Part shown: positions 48,824 to 61,634 of the stretch, in pieces | How the letters are laid out: each line of letters starts with the position of its first letter | How positions within the stretch are numbered: position 1 is the stretch's first letter | From: Eremomyces bilateralis CBS 781.70 | Lineage: Eukaryota | Strand: one strand, 5' to 3' | NCBI GenBank assembly: GCA_010015585.1 | Contig: ML975155.1 | Length of the DNA stretch: 64,000 nucleotides | Made by a program: the position numbers and the translations under genes | Notes under the pieces: model-generated | Seen by the model: only the letters and a program-made list of their open reading frames with translations | What the model was told of the DNA's origin: nothing | Database searches by the model: none

Positions 48824-51800
48824 TCAGGCCTTGGTATCTCGCAACTTCTCCAGCGCGGCCACTTTCCGTTCCAAGATCGTCCGTGCTCCGTTGGTGAGCA
48901 CGTCCAACGCCAACTTCGGGCTGCTCTCGGTGCTTCCATTGCTCAACGCTGCATTGGGCTCTGGCCCACAGTCTTTGAGCACACGTTTCGCGTCGTTAAT
49001 GGCGACGTCCAACAATCTCGGTGCCCCGTCCGTTCGGCTTAGATAGAGCCAGTGGATGATATCCCCGAACTCCCGCATGTCATACTCTAGCGCATACGAG
49101 ATGAAGTCCCGCGATCGGAAATATGTCCGCTCACTGTAATAGCGGCTCGGATGTACCGAGTCTTCCAAGTTGACACGCGCCTCGTAGCCAGCTTCGTTAA
49201 AGTACGGCTCGCGCACCAGAATCAGAGCTTGGATGCTCACGAGGAGCTGGAGGATGGTGCTCTTGGCCCCGTTCCAGGATTCGGTGTTCGAGCCGGAGGT
49301 CCAGGTACCGAGGAGACTCAGGCAAATGGTGCCGTCCTCGTAGAGATTCGGGTTGATTGCGCCTTCGCCTTTGGTATTCCAGGAGTGGAAAAATGCTTTG
49401 GGAGGGAGCGTGGGGAAGTCGGGTTGAAGGTATAGATCGACCATAAATGGTGCCTGCTCATACGGGGTTCCGGGTGGTCCGATGATTAGAGCGCGGTAGA
49501 AGTCGAGGCGGGATGACGAGGAGCGGATGTAGATACCAGGAGGAAGGGACTTTCGGAGGATGTCGTTCTCTTTTTTGACTCTGCGGAGGAACGTGCTGTT
49601 GATCGTGGGTGGCTCGGATTGAAAGGCATGATCTCTGAGAGGGCCGTCTATGATATCGAATTGAGGAATCGGAGAAGGCTGATCAGCACCTGGGAGTGGA
49701 GGAATGTCTGTTGTTGATGGAAGGTCCGCAGAGAGTGCCGGTTCGGTAGTCGCGTAATCAACAGCTGGTGTCTCAGGCAATTGACCATCGGCATCCGTCA
49801 TCGAGGTGTCAGGGTCTGGGTTGTCATCCGTGGATGATACGATTCCCTCATCGTCGTCTCCATCAAAAGATTCGTCCTCAGTCTCCCATCCATCCGAGTC
49901 CATGGAGTGGTCCAACTCCTCCAAAATTTCCCTTCTAGACCCAAGGAGCGAAGGCCACGCTAGCTCCGATTGATCGGACAGGTCGTCGCTAATAGGTTGG
50001 CTCATTAGGTCGTCATCATCACTTTCCTCGTCAAACTCGCTGAACCGGTCCTCAAGCCCGAAGACAATCGTGGTATCGTCCAGCGGGACCTTCACATCAA
50101 CCACCTCTTCCAAGGCACTCAGCCTAACACTCACTAGCCCATCTTCTAAGCCAAGGTTGACCACTTCTCCAAACCAGTCCTTCGGGTGCCGCTTCTGACC
50201 ACCACCTCCACCCATCCTCGACTCGATACAGACGAAGTCTCCGGGATGTCGCATCAGAGCATCCATGCCATCGATGTCGTAGATAGTGATCTCTTCCGCT
50301 TGAGGATTGAGCGGGCCGAGCTGCGGGTTCGGTAGCAGGGTCGATTGCTTTTCAGCGACGCCGTGCTCCTTGCTCTCATACTCCATGTATCGCACGTCCA
50401 CCTCGGAGAACCAACGGACCATGGCCGTTCGCTGCGCGGAGTTCACGGACTGGAGGAGACCCACCTTTGCTGGCTTTTTGATCCAGTCTTCCTCTCCACC
50501 GAGCAGTTCGCGGGTCATGACCACATCACCAGGTGCGTACACGGCCATGTCCAACAGATGTCGTTGGGGGATAAGCGATTTTGCTGGCTCCCGCGTTACC
50601 GTGTTGTCCTGCCAGAGAACCGTGCATTCCGTCTGAGTTTCGATGATCTCGAAACAGTTCAGATCGAACCCCTTTGCCGCTTCTCGGGATACTTTCTGCA
50701 ATACGCCTCTCTTTTTGCCCGGTGAGACGAGGTCATCCGGATCTGAATATTTTGCGGAAGCTGCTGGCAGGTCCCGGAATCTGACAAAGGTACCGTATGG
50801 AAGGTCATCTTTCTCGCTCCGAAATTCTGAGCCCGAAACCGACGATGGAAGACGTGAAGGATCGTAGATGATTGCGTCACCATTCACCACGAGCTCCGAA
50901 TCCAATTCCTCGGGAGGGGCTTGGACGCTTGATTGACTCATATCTTTGCTGCTGCGGTGCCAATCCACCAGGAGGGCCTTGGTTTGAACCTTGTACACGA
51001 ATCCTTTGGGCTCAATATTGGGATTGTATGCCCCGAAAACCCACGTTCCGAGACGGAGGTTGTGTTTTTTGGTCTGGACATGATCACCGACTTGAAAGAC
51101 CGTCGTTTCGTCGGAATGCAGCGCAGGATGTACGTGTTGGACACTGTCTAGATCCTTCGGCTCCACGACGCTTCCATCTGACAGGCCCACGTATACGGTT
51201 TCATACATGTCGACTATGCGTCCGACCCATCCCTTGTACAGGACGATATTCTTGGGCTTGTAATCTTCAGCGATGACAAGTTCCTCTGCCGGGATCCCAT
51301 GCAGTACGTTGGATTGTGTTAGGTCGATCGGGCCTTCCCGATGTTGGAGAAACTGGATCGTCCCGTTCACTTCGCTTGCGACAGGTGCAAGTGAGGCGGT
51401 ACTCCGCTTTCCAAGGATGACTCCGGCCATCTGGTCATTAACATCTCTTAGGACCGGATCGGTCAGCACATGTAATCGGTCGACAACTTCCAACCCCGGC
51501 TCCTTCATCAGCATGAAGCCGAGAGAAAGATCGTCTGATGAACATAAATGCCAGTGCACGAGAACCGTCTCGGGTGGGGGTATTCCGGATCGGAAGAACT
51601 CGTTGAGGTCATCGGAGGAGACTGAAGAGTGCCGTGTAATTTCCTCGCCATGTCGTAGGGGATGTGGTTGATGTGAATCGATTTCGGTATGGGTAGATTC
51701 GACTTGACCCAGCGAGCGCGGATCTGCTGGTATGCGGACCAAGTCCTCAACAAAGACCTTAATATGCATCAGCGCAACGTCCGGCTGAGTATGCTGCAAG

Positions 51801-51838
51801 TGACTTACCGTGGATTTGTACCTCGTATTGTGTGCCAT
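48824..51838 (-). CDS. Large E2/E3 hybrid ubiquitin-conjugating enzyme (UBE2O/E2-230K-like)
   Basis: C-terminal UBC domain (ALIIGPPGTPYE, INPNLYEDGTICLSLLGTW, EPYFNEAGY) after a long N-terminal region and an acidic stretch. Probable in-frame intron 51758-51808. Confidence 0.85.
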   Translation of the reverse strand: MAHNTRYKSTVSHLQHTQPDVALMHIKVFVEDLVRIPADPRSLGQVESTHTEIDSHQPHPLRHGEEITRHSSVSSDDLNEFFRSGIPPPETVLVHWHLCSSDDLSLGFMLMKEPGLEVVDRLHVLTDPVLRDVNDQMAGVILGKRSTASLAPVASEVNGTIQFLQHREGPIDLTQSNVLHGIPAEELVIAEDYKPKNIVLYKGWVGRIVDMYETVYVGLSDGSVVEPKDLDSVQHVHPALHSDETTVFQVGDHVQTKKHNLRLGTWVFGAYNPNIEPKGFVYKVQTKALLVDWHRSSKDMSQSSVQAPPEELDSELVVNGDAIIYDPSRLPSSVSGSEFRSEKDDLPYGTFVRFRDLPAASAKYSDPDDLVSPGKKRGVLQKVSREAAKGFDLNCFEIIETQTECTVLWQDNTVTREPAKSLIPQRHLLDMAVYAPGDVVMTRELLGGEEDWIKKPAKVGLLQSVNSAQRTAMVRWFSEVDVRYMEYESKEHGVAEKQSTLLPNPQLGPLNPQAEEITIYDIDGMDALMRHPGDFVCIESRMGGGGGQKRHPKDWFGEVVNLGLEDGLVSVRLSALEEVVDVKVPLDDTTIVFGLEDRFSEFDEESDDDDLMSQPISDDLSDQSELAWPSLLGSRREILEELDHSMDSDGWETEDESFDGDDDEGIVSSTDDNPDPDTSMTDADGQLPETPAVDYATTEPALSADLPSTTDIPPLPGADQPSPIPQFDIIDGPLRDHAFQSEPPTINSTFLRRVKKENDILRKSLPPGIYIRSSSSRLDFYRALIIGPPGTPYEQAPFMVDLYLQPDFPTLPPKAFFHSWNTKGEGAINPNLYEDGTICLSLLGTWTSGSNTESWNGAKSTILQLLVSIQALILVREPYFNEAGYEARVNLEDSVHPSRYYSERTYFRSRDFISYALEYDMREFGDIIHWLYLSRTDGAPRLLDVAINDAKRVLKDCGPEPNAALSNGSTESSPKLALDVLTNGARTILERKVAALEKLRDTKA

Positions 51839-52434
51839 TATGCCAACACCCAGCCAGATCTCTCTTGAAGGAAGGAGTGTGACCGATAAAGACGGTGCCA
51901 GAAGATTTGCACGGTTGGAGAACACGGAATATGGTGTGTTAGGAGGCCCCCGAACGGATATGGAGTGTCTTGGAGGGGTTGAAGTGGCGCCCTATATCAG
52001 CAGTCATGTCCAGAAGATGTGAGACGGCATTTTGCCACGATGGAAGCGTGATATGGATGTTGCAACAGCGAATGAGCGTCGGATGTGCTAGGCAGTGATC
52101 GGGTCAGGAATAGAATACGAATCACCAACGCATGAAGTTTGGCGTTTGTCGGTTATGGCATGGAATAATCCTGATATGATTTCAGCGCATTGCAGCTCTC
52201 GTCAAAATGGGCCCATCCGAACCAGTCTATCACAGGTTGATCAGTAAAGGCGTTACAGCCAATCAGGATGCTCTATGTACCGTACAAGGTTGTAGCTTCA
52301 ACTACGGAGTTCCAAGTCAACTACGGACATCACCTGGAACTTCCGTTCATTAACACCTTGACTCTCCAACTTCGCCGTTGACATATTCAACCTCATCCTC
52401 CGACCTTAAAGCTGTTCTTTGAACCGTCGCGAAG

Positions 52435-53685
52435 ATGGAGGGCATGTTCTACAACGTCGCCAATGGGTGAGGGTCCTATGACATCGTATATCGTGTGGAC
52501 ATGTATTGACAGCTGCCTAGCTACATGGAGGGCATTGTTCGAGGTTATAGAGACCAGCTGCTCACCAGTCAGAACTATAATAACCTAACACAATGCGAGA
52601 CCATCGATGGTAAGGCGTTGAACAATGATCCTCCATTGGAAACCCATCTAATTTCCCCCAGATGTCAAACTCCAGCTCTCCCCAGCCTATGGCGATTTCC
52701 TTTCCTCCCTGCCTCCGAATCCCTCAACATCAGCTTTGGCAGCCAAGACCACAGACAAGCTCGTCGCCGAATTCAGATACCTGCAAGCAAATGCCACAGG
52801 GTCGCTCGCAAAGTTTATGGAGTATTTGACCTATGGTTACATGATCGACAACGTTGCTCTTCTGATCACCGGAACCCTCCATGAACGCGACACAAGAGAG
52901 CTGTTGGAACGGTGCCATCCCCTTGGCTGGTTTGAGACGATGCCCGTCCTGTGCGTGGCGACCAATATCGAGGAGCTGTACAACTCTGTGCTCATCGAGA
53001 CCCCGCTTGCGGCGTATTTCAAAGGCTCGTTAAGCCACCAGGACCTGGACGAACTGAACATCGAGATCATCCGGAACACGCTGTATAAGAACTATCTCGA
53101 GGACTTCTACGCGTTCGTGAACACGCATCCCGACCTGTCCGGGACGCCGACGGCGGAAGTCATGTCCGAGATCCTCGAATTCGAAGCCGACCGACGAAGC
53201 ATCAACATCACGATCAACTCGTTTGGCACCGAGCTGTCCAAAGCCGAGAGGAGGAAGCTATACCCTGCAGTCGGACGGCTTTATCCGGAAGGCAGCTTAA
53301 TGCTCTCTCGAGCGGATGATCTCGAAGGGGTTCGCATCGCGGTGGATAGCATCTCGGACTACAAGACCATGTTCGACCAGACCGGACTGAATCAAACGGG
53401 GTCCAGTATTAGCAACATGGCTGGCGGTGCGGGAGCCGAGAAGAGTCTTGAGGATCATTTCTACCAGAAGGAAATGGAGATTTCCAAGCTTGCGTTCACC
53501 CGACAGTTCGCTCACGGCATTGTCTATGCATGGGTCAAGTTGAAGGAACAGGTATGTCGTGCTTCGGTCCGAAGCCCCTAGCATCTCTAACATTGTCACA
53601 GGAGATACGTAATATCACTTGGATTTCCGAGTGCATTGCACAGAACCAAAAAGAGCGGATTGGGAACTATATCAGTGTCTTCTAG
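52435..53685 (+). CDS. VMA6: V-type H+-ATPase V0 subunit d
   Basis: MEGMFYNVANG|YMEGIVRGYR, YMIDNVALLITGTLH, CHPLGWF, EFEADRR, KEQ|EIRNITWISECIAQNQK; three introns. Confidence 0.96.
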
Positions 53686-54492
53686 AGAGCGGGTTTGATC
53701 ATGCGCTTGGCGTTGGGCGAATCATCCGGACCGTTGGGTGCGAGGCTTGCGCGCATTTACGACTTATTGCTGAAGCTAATGTGTCAATAACAATTGTTTC
53801 CCTATTGCCTTACTCAAATCTAAAAGATTTTGCCAATCTGCTCGACTCAAGGGGGCTGGATTACATTGTCAGATATGGATCATCTCTCATCTGACCGAAT
53901 GCGTCAGACCAAGCATCTGCTTCCCATGCGTATTCACTCTTTTTCTAAGTTTCATTGTTTCTTGTATGCTCTGCAAATATCCTGACACATCGCCTGCGCT
54001 CAGACTCGTAAGGATCGTTCCAGTCTATGCCATCGAAGGTGGGTGTCCAGATCCTACGACCAGCAGTCGCAAATGTTGGCTGATAGAAATGGTAATAGTA
54101 TATTCCTTGCGCGTTTTACGCAAAATCTTTCCCGACGCGATCGAGTAGCCCTGATACGACTCGTACTTTCGGATCAAGGAAACTGGGGGAATTGACTGTT
54201 GATAAATCAATAAAAAAAATCCTACAGGCCGGTATTGTGGTAGAGTTCTTCAACTTGACCCGCTTCCTCTTCATCGGCTCCCCTCAATAACCAGGGGCAT
54301 GGTGTGCTCCGCCACAGAAAGGCAGACTCGATGCTTTAACTCAGTTAACGGTTGCCCAGAGGCTACAGCCAACGGCGGGGTATACATCGTATACTTCACG
54401 AATGTCCCAACTTCGGCACGTCGCAAACTCCACTTTTAGGTTCGCTGATCCCTATCTCGCCGTTCAATACTGTCAATGAATGAGACCTGAAT

Positions 54493-57400
54493 ATGGGCAA
54501 ACATTTCGACTGGCCCTGGAAGAAGGGAAAACGGCCTGTGTCCCCTCCTCCAACAGGACAAAATGGTCATGGTGGACCTTCCGCTCCGTAAGTCTCACCT
54601 CTGTTAAAATATGACGAAGGTCCTTACCGTCAGGCTAGGACCTCCTCAAAGCAAGCCGAAAAATCAGATACGACTTCTGCGAAATCCCCATCGCCTCTTA
54701 CCCAAGGCGAGATCTTTGGGGCACAGGGAGATAAGCTGTCCAATGAATGCAACTATAACGATGCTATAGCCATGTATACAGCAGCTCTAGGAAGCATGCC
54801 GACAAACACTCACCTGTTGATCAGTCGTTGCATTGCGTACCAGCTGTCCCAGCCGCCACGGATAGATCGTGCTATGCTGGATGCCAACACCGCTATCCGG
54901 GTCGACTCTAGCTGCTGGCAAGGCTGGTATCAGCGCGGAGAGCTGTTGCAAGACGCTGGATACTCGTCGTCGGCAATTGAGTCTCTACGACGTGCAGAAC
55001 AACTAGCCGGCGGCACAGACAAGTTAACTGTACGGAGAGCCATCGCTCAGGCGTCCGCACAAGACAAAGCTGCACAGGCAGCCCCAACTACCGGGTTTGC
55101 CGTTCCTCTGTCGCCGCACCCAACTGGTTCTCCAGCTGCTTCCCCCACTCAATCCACTGATTTTCCAGTCGGGAATGCCAGTACGTCTTCTCAGGCGGAA
55201 AAACCGCATGCCCCATCCCAGCCGCCTACAACTCCATCGGAACACCCCTTGCAGCAGACAGTACCCCAAGTATCAGCGTCAACCCTTCCAGTGCAGCCAC
55301 CGATTCATCCATCCCCTCAACCTATGGCTTCGCAATCTCAATCTCCAACGCCGCAGAGCCAGCCTTCCACGGGCAGCGCCATGCCTTTCAGGTCTGCGAC
55401 GGTGCATGGACCGCCTAGCTCGACCCCAGGTCAAGTGAGCAGTTCGACCGGTAGTCAGAATGCTCCACCAGGCAGGTTTTGTTTCACCAGAATACATATG
55501 TTGCTAACATCCTTCAGCAGCATCGGGCAGTAGCGCAGCTCCTGGTACGACAAGTATTAGCCGAGCTTACAACACGACTTCTGTTAGCGAAACTCCCGCG
55601 TCCAGCATCCCGATCACTTCAGACGACTTCATAGATATGTCGGATATGACACCCTCTGATCCACCCCCAGCTTATGCCCCAAGTCCAGGCTATCAGGCTT
55701 GGACAAGCGCGCCACTCTCCCCACAGACGCTATCTGCCCGTCTGGCTCAATTGCAGACTGCAATGACAACTCGAAACAGGGGCGGCCTTTCTCTCAGACC
55801 TTTTACGTCAGCAGTCGACATTGATGCCGTCTGCCTGCTCTATATCGGGTTGACTGAATCGGAGTTGACAGCACGCGAGTTGCCCATCCCAATATACATT
55901 CATCCAAGCTTCCGTATGTGGTACGTCGTAACCCTGGATGGGGCAACAACTGATGGAGAATAGGACTTAGCGCCGTCGATATGCTTAAATATCCTGCAAA
56001 TACCTTCCTGGATATGGATTGCACGAGTGTTAGTAACTACGATGGCAAATTGCCCGGCACTGTTACGGTATCTGGCTGGTCGGAGGAATATAGGGCGCAT
56101 CAATTGATAGCCAAACCGGTCGTGCAGCTATCTGTAGAAGGTCGAAGAACCATACCAGAATTGCCAATTGATCAGGTCGTGGAGCGCATGCGCAAGTTGC
56201 AAGTGTTTCGCACCCTTGAGGATAATGAAGGGTTGGTGAAGCTGCTAGGCATGTCTCAGTAAGTCTAGAAGGCAACCACGTTCGTTGTAAGTTTGGCTAA
56301 CCATGTAGACTGGAAGCTTTACAAGCAGGCCTCGTCGGCGGAACCAGACAGAAGCAAATCGAAGTCCTTTGTATGGCAGTCAGCAGAAGCGTGACCGATT
56401 GCCCGACTCGGTTTGTCGATTTCAGTAAGGATAGAATGTTCAGTGTGCATACGCTTGGGACAGCAGCACAAGGAAGCCGTGGCCTCGGGAACTTCCTTTT
56501 TCAGATCGTGTTGGGATTCGAAATACTGATTCGGCTTCGAAAGGAGTCGCTGTCGACCAAGTACGCGATGGTTGTTACCGACAACATCTCCGCCATGACG
56601 GTGCTCGCCGAGCTGTGGATGGACAATGTAACCGTCAGTGGCCCCAACCAAAACACCTCGGCCACCACGACCACCACTACAACCACGGCAGCCACGACGA
56701 CTACGACGGCCCCGCCTCGATACACGCTCTGTACGCACAGCTATAATACAAGAGTTCAGGGTCTGATCCAGTTTGCCGAGACCATATCCTGGCCATACAT
56801 GGACGAGGTGAGGCAATATATTGAGACTGCCTACCTCCACCTCTCATCGGGAACGGGGACCGTGAGCTTCGACATTTGCGATTGGTTGTTTGGATTAATC
56901 CTGCCGGGGAAGATCTTTCAACACCGCATCATGTGTTGCCTCGTCTACGCCTCTCCCACGATCCGCAGCATCGGCCCGGCTCCATTTTACGAGAACGGCA
57001 TCATCGTGGGGAATAAGAGCTACTGGCCCAAACGGACGGTTCTAGGACGCATCCTCGGAGGACTTAAAAACTCTAGATCTATGGGTGGCTGGATCGGACC
57101 CGTTCCGAAGCCGATCGGGAACCTTTCCGGTTGGGTCAGGCTCAGGGCGAGGCCTGTTGACGTTCCGATCCCTGTGAGCGCTCCGCCTGGCCAGAGTGCA
57201 CTGCACCATCTGGGAGTCGATCAGCCTGCAACGAACGAGGAGCTGGAGAGAAGCATCCAAGAGATAATGGACGAGAACGAGTGGATCAAGCCCGACCCTC
57301 CGACAAAACCATCGAATGACACGCGAAAATCGGTATTTAAGGGCATCCGACTCGAATTGCTCCCAATAGTCTCAAACACGCCATACCTGCTGACACCTGC

Positions 57401-57782
57401 ACACCCGAAGGAAGAATATCGAGCAATGCTCGACTTCGAAGTGAACGGCGTCGCAACGACATTTACGCTCTATTCGATCCCCGTCTTCGTCGCCGCTCCG
57501 CCGTGCATCGGCGTCCACGTCCTCCATCGACGGCGGGTACAGAACCAGCTACAGAACATCCTCAAGGTGTCCGAGCTCAAGGACGAGTCGCCCTTGAGTA
57601 GTGAGCTGGTCATCATCGACGCGCTCGGAGACGGTGAGGAGGTCGTGGCCCGCGCTTGGTGTGCTGAGAAGGGGCGACATGCGGTGGTGAGGCGAGGCAA
57701 TGACTGCTGCTTCTCGTGCGCGGTCACCGTGGCATCGCAGAGAACGGGGTTGAATATTAACGTTATTATCTGGAGCCAGTAA
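54493..57782 (+). CDS. Hypothetical protein: N-terminal TPR repeats, Pro/Ser/Gln linker, conserved-looking fungal domain of unknown function
   Basis: Five exons. TPR-like 'GDKLSNECNYNDAIAMYTAAL..AMLDANTAIRVDSSCWQGWYQRG'. The C-terminal domain has NFLFQI, GLIQFAE..WPY, WLFGLILPG, GWIGP, ARAWCAEKG..CCFSCA. Confidence 0.75.
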
Positions 57783-58356
57783 TTCCTTGGAGTTCGACTG
57801 CATCTTGTAGATATAAGCGAAGGGAAGTTCGGAGTTAGTGTGATAGGAGGTATGCAAAGGAATTATAGTAGTTATTCTGGTAGTTATCGACAATCTGAAT
57901 GAGGCCTCGAAAGGTCAGCAAGGAGTGCAAGGCCTTATATAATGCGTTGCGAGGCCGCTCTAGGAAATTGTGCCCTAGGCGTGCCTAGGTTAAATTGGGC
58001 GATTAATTTCCATTATTACTAGTGTTGGGGACAAATCTCAAAACCTTGGGGACGAATCTCACCAGGCACAGTTTGTGAAGTACTCAAGGAGTCAAGGCCC
58101 ATAAGGCTGCTTACGCCACGATATAAATTGCATCTTTGGTATGAACCGGCGGCCGAAGAGTCCACCACTCGGTGCTTCATCATCTTTGACCAAATGTCGC
58201 AACGTAAAGCATCAAGTAGAACTCAGGTCTTGGAGTGTCACGAACTTTCTTCAACCACATTTACCCTCTATCCAACGATTTGCTTATCCTCTGATTCCTC
58301 GCCATTGATCCTTCCACTTTCAGCTGTCCCGCATCCACCCCCAATTGACCACGGCT

Positions 58357-59165
58357 ATGCCCCCCGCTAAATCCAACCGCCTCCGCTACAAATCCACTAC
58401 CACCGCCCCCCCCAAATCCCGCTTCCGATCTCGCTCTGCCTCCCCCATCCGCGAGTCCCGACACCGCCGCGACCACGACCGTGACCGCCGCCGCGACCAC
58501 GAGCGCGAATGGGACCGCGCGCGACCGCTCCACGAAGAGCATCGGTACCGCGAGTCGCGCCGCGACCGGGACGGCGAGGGGGACGTCGAAAGGCAGCGGA
58601 CGGTAAGGCGGGAGTCGGATGATTTTAGGAATAGTCCGGATCCGCGGAGGCGGGATAGTGATAAGTGGACGGGGAGGGAGAGGGATCGGGGACTAGAGGG
58701 TGATCGAGAGGGCGGCGGTAGGTTGAGGAAGGCGGGGGGAATGGATTCACCGAATGCGGCAAGCGTAGATGCGAAATTTGGGGTGCCGGGAACGCCTGGA
58801 ACGCCGGGAACGCCAAAGGAGAAGGAAAAGAAGTTTGAGAAGCCGAAGGTGACGAGGAACGCGCCGCCGGTTACGTTTATCCTGGTTACGGTGAACGATC
58901 GGTTAGGGACAAAGGCTCAGGTCCCGTGTTTGGCTTCAGATACCGTCCGTATGTCGAGATCCTCTCTTTCTGTTAGGGTTTGGTGCTGATTTCCATCCTC
59001 ACAGGCGATTTCAAGCTGCTGGTGGCGGCAAAGATTGGTCGACAACCTCACGAGATCATGATCAAGCGGCAGGGACAGCGCCCGTTTAAGGATAACTTGA
59101 CGTTGGACGATTACGAGGTCAGCAATGGGGTTCAGCTTGACCTGGAGTTGAGCACCGGGGATTGA
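58357..59165 (+). CDS. Hub1/UBL5-like ubiquitin-fold protein with a long RS/RD-rich N-terminal extension
   Basis: C-terminal VNDRLGTK..PCLASDTVR|DFKLLVAAKIG..FKDNLTLDDYEV. Intron 58949-59004. Confidence 0.85.
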
Positions 59166-59669
59166 GCGAATATGAGCCACGCTTGGTCCGAAGGCATAAG
59201 ATGGATAGATGAATTGCAGGGGGGTATTATGATTACCCGCCCGGAAGACAGTTGGAGGTGCTGGAGGGAGTGTACCTGGTCGATTTGAGACCGGATCGAG
59301 ACCACGGACCGTTCGTACCAATATTGGCGACTTTCTTACGATTTCGGACTACCGAAAGCCGTTTGATTGCGGCATGTACAATTGGGCGAGCCACAGCCTG
59401 TGCTGATGGAACAGGGTCACGGATAAGAAAAGTTCAAGTGCCGGCGAAGCAAGAGCCTTGACTGCATCGCAATGGCGGGGAAGGAGTTCATTTGAGGATG
59501 TACTTGGGCCAGTTAGGCTTACGGTCGTTTCCAGATCACCCTTTGCCGTCTGAACACCTTCCATAGTGCGGCTAAATCCCCAGCCGCTCAATCCGCCTCT
59601 GTCAGAGCCTTGTTCATGATGCCATCATCGTTCCACCTCATCGTAGTGTCCTACATGTCATGCATCGTC

Positions 59670-60832
<1,163 letters not shown>

Positions 60833-61634
60833 TCAGGTTAGCACCTGTAGATTGTTGTTGGTTTGAGGTTCGAGGGATGGAGATACCTACAGGCGTTGAT
60901 GGAGGTTGAAATTGGGTGAAAGTCTAGAGCAAGGAGGATGGTCCTTATACCTGACTGACTCTCGAGTACTAATACGAAGGTCTGATGCAATGGGCCTTGA
61001 AACGGTTTCACGACGTCGTGTCACTTTGTGCAAGGTATGGTAGGTTGTTTGCAGCGGTGTGGGTGGAATGGAGGTGGCGGGATGCGGACGTCTGCCTTTG
61101 AACCTGGAGGCGTACAACTCACAATTCACGGTATACTGTAGGCAACAGTAAATAGGGATTGGACTTTGTCAACGAACTGTCAAGCGAGAAGATTACTAGT
61201 GCTTAGACATGTCGTTGAGGGGAATGAAGTGATATTAATATTACCGTCCTTGCCTCCACCCCCACCTTCTGCTGGTCTAGACGTCACTGGTTCGATTCTG
61301 CTACATGGTGTGTGGGGTAGCGTCTGAGAGTGTCAGAAATCGGTATTAAATATTTCAGGAACATCAAACCCCAGGCTTCTAGAACGATCTGGCATGAAAT
61401 CCAGCGGTTCTTCTCGCTGTTAAAAAACATCTCACATTTAAAGTAAATGGATACTATCCAGGCAGTCACGCCATTCCAGCGAACATCGATGGGGACGAGG
61501 AATCCTGGAACTGATGAGATGAAGCCTTATGAATGGCCAGAGTACAATTTGCCTGGCATCACTAATCGGTGATGTTCTTCCGTGGTGGTATCTACCACAT
61601 ACATATACAAGCACTGTAAACCTGGCGCCAGTCG

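Noticed and set aside
55451..55520. Possible second GC-AG intron (GCAGGT at 55472) with a CAGCAG acceptor in the TPR gene
   Set aside because: A same-phase GT donor (GTAGTC at 55451) is also possible; this cannot be decided without cDNA.
58025..58061. Short direct repeat TTGGGGAC(A/G)AATCTCA x2 and nearby palindromes
   Set aside because: Only two short copies, with no array, TIR or TSD structure; at most promoter motifs.
30142..59165. Apparent cluster of ubiquitin-system genes (ATG12, UBC8, UBE2O-like, Hub1-like)
   Set aside because: They belong to unrelated pathways and are interspersed with unrelated housekeeping genes; there is no evidence of a functional cluster.
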